This document shows, in pieces, positions 35,535 to 42,313 of a stretch of 42,313 nucleotides of DNA (the first letter of the stretch is position 1; each line of letters starts with the position of its first letter). The stretch covers positions 89,840,755 to 89,883,067 of the forward strand of contig NC_068981.1 of assembly GCF_001194135.2 (NCBI RefSeq), in the 5' to 3' direction. This DNA is from Octopus bimaculoides (lineage: Eukaryota). The notes below the pieces were generated by a model. The model ran no database searches. It was given only the letters and a program-made list of their open reading frames with translations, and was not told the origin of the DNA. A program made the position numbers and the translations under genes.

Positions 35535-36721
35535 ATATATTTTCGACGAACGTTTAGTTCAGAATTACAAATGTAAACGATAGAACCTCCTCTTTCGCAA
35601 TACAAATCAAATTGTTGCACTTCTAAACGTTTTTTACTGAATTATATCTGTCGAAAATAATCACTAATTTCCTCGGATCCTAGTATTTGTTTCATGTAGT
35701 ACATTGGTAAATAGCAAATTCGACCCACTAGGCTTCGAACGCGAAACTGCGCAGTATCGAATGAATAGTGATAAAATGAAGTCCAAAGTGCCTCCTGTTG
35801 CGCTAGCAAAGAGGAGTCTGCATTGATAACGTAATAGCTTTCTTTTTTCTTTTTTTCATTTTCGTTTTAATAATTCAATCTACTTAGCAAAAAAGCATCT
35901 TTGATACTAAGTCGTATACCAAATTAAAGAGAAACGTCCATGTACATTTAGTTTTTTTTAGAACGAGTTCCAGCACACAAACCCAACCTTATAAAGATAT
36001 GAAAGAAAGGAAAAATTAAATCTTTTATTGCTTTTACAATTGAAACCATTCCTTTTCTCTTGCTTTGACTTATGTTAAATGGTGGGTTTCTTATCAACGA
36101 TATATGTTTTCCTTCTTTTCTTATCACTTGAAATCACGCCAACGCGTGTTAAGTTGATTGTAATTGTCAGCTTTGAACTGACATTATTCTTAGTTGATAG
36201 AACAACAAAACGTAGCCAAGTCAATAGAGATTAATCGTAGAACACAAGTTCCCATATCCTTTTTGCTAAAATAGTCTATTCAAATTAACTGACGCTAGGT
36301 TTCCGAGTAGAGCTATCATAGAAACTTTAATATTAGTTGTTAGATGGGTGGGGTATATCATTTATTTTTCAATCAACAGACCAAATAAAACAAGCTAGAC
36401 GGTTTGTGAAAATCGACTTACGAAGCCAACCAGGAATAAAAACAAAAAAACGAATTGGATTCATACAGACGCTTATGAATTAACAAATATCAAAGCAACA
36501 TTATAAGTAAGCAGAACGAAAGATTGGCTAGTTGCACTGCATCAAGGAAGAAGAGTCAAAATAGATTATTTCTAAATAGATTCCATTGTGGAAGTATTAT
36601 ATATATTATTATGTTCAATCGGTTGAGGTTCTTTAAATGTGCATCATAAATTTCATGCCAATACTTTTCGTTTTTATCCCTCTTGTTCCACCAACCACTT
36701 TCATCATTGATAAATATATAT

Positions 36722-37098
36722 CAGTAGTCCATAATCTTTTTGACTTCGTGGCACACTAGGGATCAAATGCGAAATTATTGGTACAGTTTGTATGAAAGGT
36801 ATATAAAAAGACATGTCTCAAAGTTAAAATATTTGGAGCACAAATATATAAAAATATTGCTACCATGCATTTATTAATTGCATTTGAGAGCAAGAAAATT
36901 ATGAATAATATATTTTCCAAAACGCTCAAACACTTATATAGATTTTCTAAAGCCTTAAATTATACTTTAAAAAGCGTTTGAAGTGCACTTACACATCACC
37001 TGTGGCACACCAGTCCTCAGTGGCACACCAGTCCTCAGTGGCACACCAGTCCTCAGTGGCACACCAGTCCTCAGTGGCACCCAAGTGGGGTGCCATTG
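36722..37098. mobile_element. hAT-type MITE candidate
   Basis: Left end CAGTAGTCCATAATCTTTTT..CGTGGCACAC and right end GGCACCCAAGTGGGGTGCCATTG resemble CAGTGGTTCCCAACCTTTTT/GGTTGGGAACCACTG termini. The 8-bp flanks ATATATAT and ATATAGTG match only partly. Confidence 0.5.
37002..37080. repeat. 18-bp tandem repeat GTGGCACACCAGTCCTCA x4.4
   Basis: Four exact units at 37002, 37020, 37038 and 37056 plus GTGGCAC. Confidence 0.98.
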
Positions 37099-37754
37099 AT
37101 ATAGTGTGACGCTAAGCCTTTCAAACATGACTTCTGCAATTGGCTGTAATGTTCGAGGCTCGTATAACTGAAACGTTTCGAGGCCACAAATTTCGTAGCA
37201 AAATTTCGCCGATTAAATTGAAGCCAATTTTGCGATCATACATACATACATGNNNNNNNNNNNNNNNNNNNNNNNNNNNNNNNNNNNNNNNNNNNNNNNN
37301 NNNNNNNNNNNNNNNNNNNNNNNNNNNNNNNNNNNNNNNNNNNNNNNNNNNNNNNNNNNNNNNNNNNNNNNNNNNNNNNNNNNNNNNNNNNNNNNNNNNN
37401 NNNNNNNNNNNNNNNNNNNNNNNNNNNNNNNNNNNNNNNNNNNNNNNNNNNNNNNNNNNNNNNNNNNNNNNNNNNNNNNNNNNNNNNNNNNNNNNNNNNN
37501 NNNNNNNNNNNNNNNNNNNNNNNNNNNNNNNNNNNNNNNNNNNNNNNNNNNNNNNNNNNNNNNNNNNNNNNNNNNNNNNNNNNNNNNATCTAATGAGTGG
37601 AAATCAAACTGATGAGTGTCTTAATTCATAAGGCATTAAAACAGAATGACTCTCCCCAGACACAATAAAATATGCTTCAACACCCGAATTCATATAAATA
37701 ATCTTTCAAACCAGATACAAAAATTATATATTTATATATATATATATATATCCT

Positions 37755-38105
37755 ACGTGAATATCCACTATCCACACCGCCCTTGCCAGAGCACTACCGT
37801 GGATCGTGCATTTGCTCCGCCGTCTCCCGTCTCCCGTTTCCCCTCACCTACCCCAGCACCCTACCTCTCCAACGCACCATTCTCCGAGCCTTCCGGCGAC
37901 TCCAGTCCGACCCCTCCACTTCACACATCTTCCCTAACTGACCCCTCCCCTCCTTCAAACGAGCCCACAACTTACAAGACCTCTTGGTCCACAGCTTCTT
38001 CCTTAATCCAACTCCCTGACCCGGCTCCTTCACCTCCTCCCGCCCACGCAAGCGCACTTGCCCTTACCTCTCCAGCACCACTCTCTATGTTACGGATTAG
38101 GACCT
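37755..38105 (+). mobile_element. Penelope-like element fragment (region between RT and GIY-YIG)
   Basis: PLTYPSTLPLQRTILRAFRRLQSDPSTSHIFPN*PLPSFKRAHNLQDLLVHS..PGSFTSSRPRKRTCPY..TT..GP (Neptune-like F+RxxNL+DxLV). Confidence 0.85.
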
Positions 38106-39272
38106 AGCATCTTTCAGAAAAGATTGTCCTTTTAAAAACCAAAAAAATGTTACAGTTATCAAAAATTTGGACACAAATTTGCAGAACAAAAGTATGAAGG
38201 TCAAATGTAAAAAATTCTAAAGTGCTCTCAGCAGAAAATAAAACCGACTCCCAAATAAGGAAATGTGTACACATAAATGTAAATGGAGAAGATATTAAAT
38301 TGCAACTGGATACTGGTAGTGACATTTCAATCATTAACACAGACACATGGAAGAAAATAGATCAACCTATGTTACGAAAAACAGCGAAAACTGCACGTAG
38401 CGTGACGGGTGACAAACTACACTTTGCAGGTGAAATGTGGAATAGTGTCACATTTCGAGGAAAAATATGGAAGGAGAAAGTTTCGTCGTAAAGAACGCAA
38501 CTAATCTGTTTGGTACTGACTGGTTGGAGTTATTTGATTTATGGGATCTTCTAATAAGCCGGTACTGTAAAAAATTAAATGACTGTCCCACCAGTGAAAA
38601 AACTCAGCAGCTGCATTGAAGAAAATATTAATTAAAAACGTTATGTGTTATATTATTCACGAACTGCCTGTGACAGCGCATGATATAAAAATGAAATACG
38701 CTGAAGATAATTACATTACAAGAATAAAAGAAATGTTGAAAAATAAGCAAAATAAAAATACAAATTCGAATAATTTTCCACTATGCGATGATGTTTTAAT
38801 GTACGCGCAACGAGTATTACAGGAATTCCACAGTAGATACCCAGGAATATGAGCTATGTATATTGGCCAACAAGGGACCAGGGCAGTGAAAATTGTGTAA
38901 AATCAGGTAGACGTTGTGCACATGCAACCAAAGCACCACCGAGAAATACCAATCGCGGCCTGGGACGTATCCTCCGTGGTCCAGGGTACATATCGACTAC
39001 GCTGGACTAGTGAACGGCGCATACTATCTAATCATTGTTGATAGCAGTTCAAAGTGGCCAGAAGTATGCAGGTGCAATAAACCAACCACAAAGACAACAA
39101 TAAAGTTCCTGTATGAATTATTTGCTCGATACGGTGCTCCAGATAATGGAACACAACTTTGGAGTCATGAATTCAAAACTTTCTGAAAAATACATGCGAT
39201 AAAGCATTTCTACCCCGCCCTACCACCCAAGGTCAAACGGGCAGGTAGAAAGGCTCGTTGATACATTCAAGC
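38106..39272 (+). mobile_element. Ty3/Gypsy internal remnant: gag zinc knuckle, protease, integrase; RT/RNase H missing
   Basis: KDCPFKN..KCY..GH; LQLDTGSDISII; NLFGTDW; ELPVTA; PWSRVHIDYAG..YLIIVDSSSKWPEV; DNGTQ; PYHPRSNGQVERLVDTFK. Multiple stops and frameshifts. Confidence 0.92.
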
Positions 39273-39559
39273 AAGCATATATATGTATGTATGTATGTAT
39301 TATACGCAGAGGAGAGAGAAGGAGAGAAACAGATATACAGAGCACAGCACAATGACGTAAAATTGCTCAAGCGCGCATTAAATTGTACATATTGGATATC
39401 ATGTATGTTACTGTACGACATGTTTTCAATCTTTGTTGCCATACACACTTGCACACGTGTACGTGCATACAACACACATACGCACACACACGCACACGCC
39501 TGCATATACACCACTCATACGTATAGGCTTGAATTAATGCAGTAATGTCTACGTGTATC

Positions 39560-39712
39560 ACACCTGACTGGATAGGAATGACAGCTATATCTCCTTCAAG
39601 TCACACTTTACTCTCTTTTAAGACAAAAGATGCTAAATGATCATTGCTCAACATTTTTGATCACAGCTTTGATCGACCAGATCTAATTTGCTTTGGTGCC
39701 GAGCCACAACGA
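39560..39712 (+). mobile_element. SINE-like family C copy
   Basis: GAATGACAGCTATATCTCCTTCAAGTCACAC..CTTTGATCG..GAGCCACAAC. Confidence 0.5.
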
Positions 39713-40371
39713 GAAGGACTACAGCATACAGACACAATAGTACACATAGAGACGTTACACATATTGAAAAACGCAATAGCTAGCTAAATGGACAGATGAA
39801 TGGATTGGTAGTCGGACAAACAAACCGACGAACAGACATACAGACTGACATTCAGATATTCTTGCAAACAGACAGACTGGCACACAGATTGATAGGTGTT
39901 CAACAGAATCGATTTTATATTCAATCTAACACGATTTACTGAAATTTTGACGTAATGATTATAATTTATGGACCCAGGAATAATAACGATTTTTCACATC
40001 AATAATAACGATTTCTCACAAACCCTGTACTAGTTGCTTTCATTTCGCAGATGCTGGACTCCCAGACAGGTTGCCGTCACAATGTCTATAAAAAGCTACG
40101 GCTTCTCCTTAAGTCGTTTTCTGTGAGAAGGTTGCAAGTTTGTAAAGGAAGAGAGTTATAGGAAAATTTGTGTATAAGCATATGCAAGTGAGTGAGCGGG
40201 GGAGATATAGTAATTCTGAGATTGAAAAGGGTACGTGGCAAAGGGTAAAGGCTTTCAATCCAACACCAATGTTCTGAGATTCTGGAACACAATGCTTAGA
40301 GCAAATTTGCCAGCTTATTGACTGAGATGGAAACTGAACAACAAACTGCAATGGTTGATTTTTGGGTGGTG

Positions 40372-40447
40372 GGGATGAAGATGATGATGATGACGACGTC
40401 GAAAACAACGATGACGAGGATGACAACGCCGATGACGATGATGATGT
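40372..40447. repeat. (GAT/GAC)n trinucleotide repeat
   Basis: Read directly. Confidence 0.95.
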
Positions 40448-40469
40448 CAGCACCGGTGCTGGTGCTGGT

Positions 40470-40695
40470 TTAAAAAGTGCGCTTTCCATCCATGTGGTTT
40501 GGGTTTCAATTTTACTGCGCAACGCCTTGGGCAAGTGTCTTCTACTACGGCTGCTGGACAAAAGAATTCATAAAACAAGTACCAGGCTTAATAAATAAAT
40601 GAATACCGAACGCGATTTTTCCGACTAACTCTACAAGGCACAGTACTTCTGCGTGATTGCAGTCGAATAACTGAAACGAATGAAAGGCTAAAAGA
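40470..40695 (+). mobile_element. SINE family B copy with internal deletion
   Basis: CCATGTGGTTTGGGTTTCAAT B-box-like head, CCTTGGGCAAGTGTCTTCTACTA (CORE-like), then jumps to AAGTACCAGGCTT..GCAGTCGAATAACTGAAAC. Confidence 0.7.
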
Positions 40696-41080
40696 GGATA
40701 CACACACACACACACACACACACATGTATGCGTTTATCAATTCGTTTTGCAAAATTCCTGGAGTGAAATCGTTTGTTGAAACAGATATTGTATTTCGGGA
40801 TGGTCATTTTTACCTTCTTTTTTATTTTGTCAATTAAACACACACACTATATATTTTTTCTTCACTCGGAGTAAGCAGAGCAAGAACACCCACGAAAACG
40901 AAAAGTGTCGCTGAAGAGGTCACAGATGTGTGACGAAAGATTTCAAGACAATGGACATGAGTTAAAATAATAAAATAACAGTAATAAACGAGTGAAGAAA
41001 AAATATATAGTACGTGTGTGTATTTGGCAAAAATAAAAGTGACAATCCCGAAATACAACAATATACACGCGCGCGCGCAC

Positions 41081-41140
<60 letters not shown>

Positions 41141-41150
41141 NNNNNNNNNN

Positions 41151-41182
<32 letters not shown>

Positions 41183-41192
41183 CACACACACA

Positions 41193-42313
41193 TATGAGAC
41201 GTGTTCTTTAAGGATTTCCCCTGACCCACTTCCGGTTATTGCAGGAAACAGAACTTGTATAGGTATAATTATACATGTCTCTACATGTCACATTGTAAAT
41301 TGCAATTTTCCACTAGTATTCGTTTGTCTTTAACGGCTGCTGAAGTGGACTATGGTGTTATAATGGAGGCAGTTGAAGAAAGTCAGTGATCAGGTTTCAA
41401 TACTTGAAAGGTCGTACACCAAAAGAGACTTTCGATGAGATGAAATAAGCTTTTGGTGACGATGCACCATCAAACGATGTAGTCTAGCACTGGCATCTCC
41501 AGTTCAAATGTGGTCGGACATCGGTGGAAACTGCTCCTATTCCTGGACGACCACATTCCGCCATTGATGACGACTCCATCCATAAAGTGGAAGCCACCAT
41601 TTTGAAAGATCACCGCATAACTATTCAGCAAGTAGCACAAGAAGTGAAAATAAGTGTAGTGTCCGTGGAAAAAATCATTCACGACTATTTGCACATTCGG
41701 ATGTTATCTTCCCCGGAGGCTCACAACTTTTCAGAAGTAGGAAGGAGTCAATTGCTCCCAAGCTCTTTTGGCAATGTGCCAAGAAAACGAGGAGGACTTT
41801 TTAGGCAGACTTATCACACACGATAACACATGGGTCCATCACAATGATCCTGAGATTAAAGTCCAGTCAAAGCAATGGAAGCATGATAACTCACCACCTC
41901 CAAAGAATTCAGGTGTCCAGCCCTCAGCAGGCAAGGTGACGCTCACAGTCTTTCGAAACCAGCGCGGAATAGTGATGATGGATTTTCTGGCAAAGGGCAC
42001 CTCAATTCACGGGGTATACTATGCTTCTCTGTTACAGAAATTGTGGGACACCATCAAAGCAGAGAGGCGGGGCATCCTCGCCAAAGGAGTCTGCCTCCTC
42101 CAAGACAATGCCCCAGTTCACAATGCGCATGTTGCCCAGATGAAGGCAAACTCCTGCGGCTATGAAATCCTTCCTCATCCCCCTTACTCTCCCGACCTCG
42201 CACCATCTGACTTCCATCTCTTTCCAACCATGAAGTCTTTTTTTTTTTTTGAAGGGGAAGCACTTTTCGGATGATGATGCGCTTATTTCCGAGGTAAAGT
42301 ATTGAGTTCAGAT
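41193..42313 (+). mobile_element. Mariner (DD34D) transposon, degenerate transposase, truncated by window end
   Basis: ATG at 41363; HTH PGRP..DHRIT; ITHDNTW (first D), LQDNA (second D), exactly 34 aa to PPYSPDLAPSDFHLF (third D). Stops, WVPR motif deleted, poly-T frameshift; TA followed by TIR-like TGAGACGTGTTC at 41193. Confidence 0.95.

Noticed and set aside
35715-35760. B-box-like GTTCGAAGCC on the minus strand as a tRNA gene
   Set aside because: No cloverleaf or A-box. The SINE heads elsewhere are likewise not tRNA genes.
9757-37631. Long ORFs of 150-406 aa spanning N gaps
   Set aside because: They are open only because N codons are not stops; the readable ends are microsatellite translations.
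37646-38107. 153-aa Pro/Ser-rich ORF
   Set aside because: An alternative frame of the Penelope fragment.
40030-40200. Exon candidate (TTTCATTTCGCAG acceptor, GTGAGT donor)
   Set aside because: All three frames hit stops before the donor; TGCRHNVYKK..FSVR may be a CR1 C-terminal relic but is too weak to call.
40109-40598. Poly-Ser and poly-Asp ORFs
   Set aside because: They derive from a (GAT/GAC)n repeat and an adjacent SINE-B.

Overview
Repeat-dominated, AT-rich eukaryotic intergenic or intronic DNA. The SINE families and microsatellite load look like an octopod (Octopus) scaffold; this is recognition from memory, not a database hit. About 6.35 kb (15%) is N gaps, most of them flanked by microsatellites, and nearly all long ORFs in the track are gap or microsatellite artefacts. 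I find no supportable host gene, RNA gene or CRISPR array. The window holds decayed mobile elements: RTE LINE pieces of two types, CR1/L2-type pieces, a Tx1 LINE 3' half, two R4/Dong-like 3' ends, a Penelope fragment abutting a Gypsy remnant that lacks RT/RNase H, a DD34D mariner, three recurring SINE-like families (here A, B, C) and several foldback/MITE elements. The best second-look items are an RTE copy with twin-priming-like 5' inversion (7815-8529), interlocked inverted repeats with A-B-A'-B' topology (24523-24791), and a 3' tail shared by a LINE and SINE-B. I see no clear evidence of a wholly new biological system.
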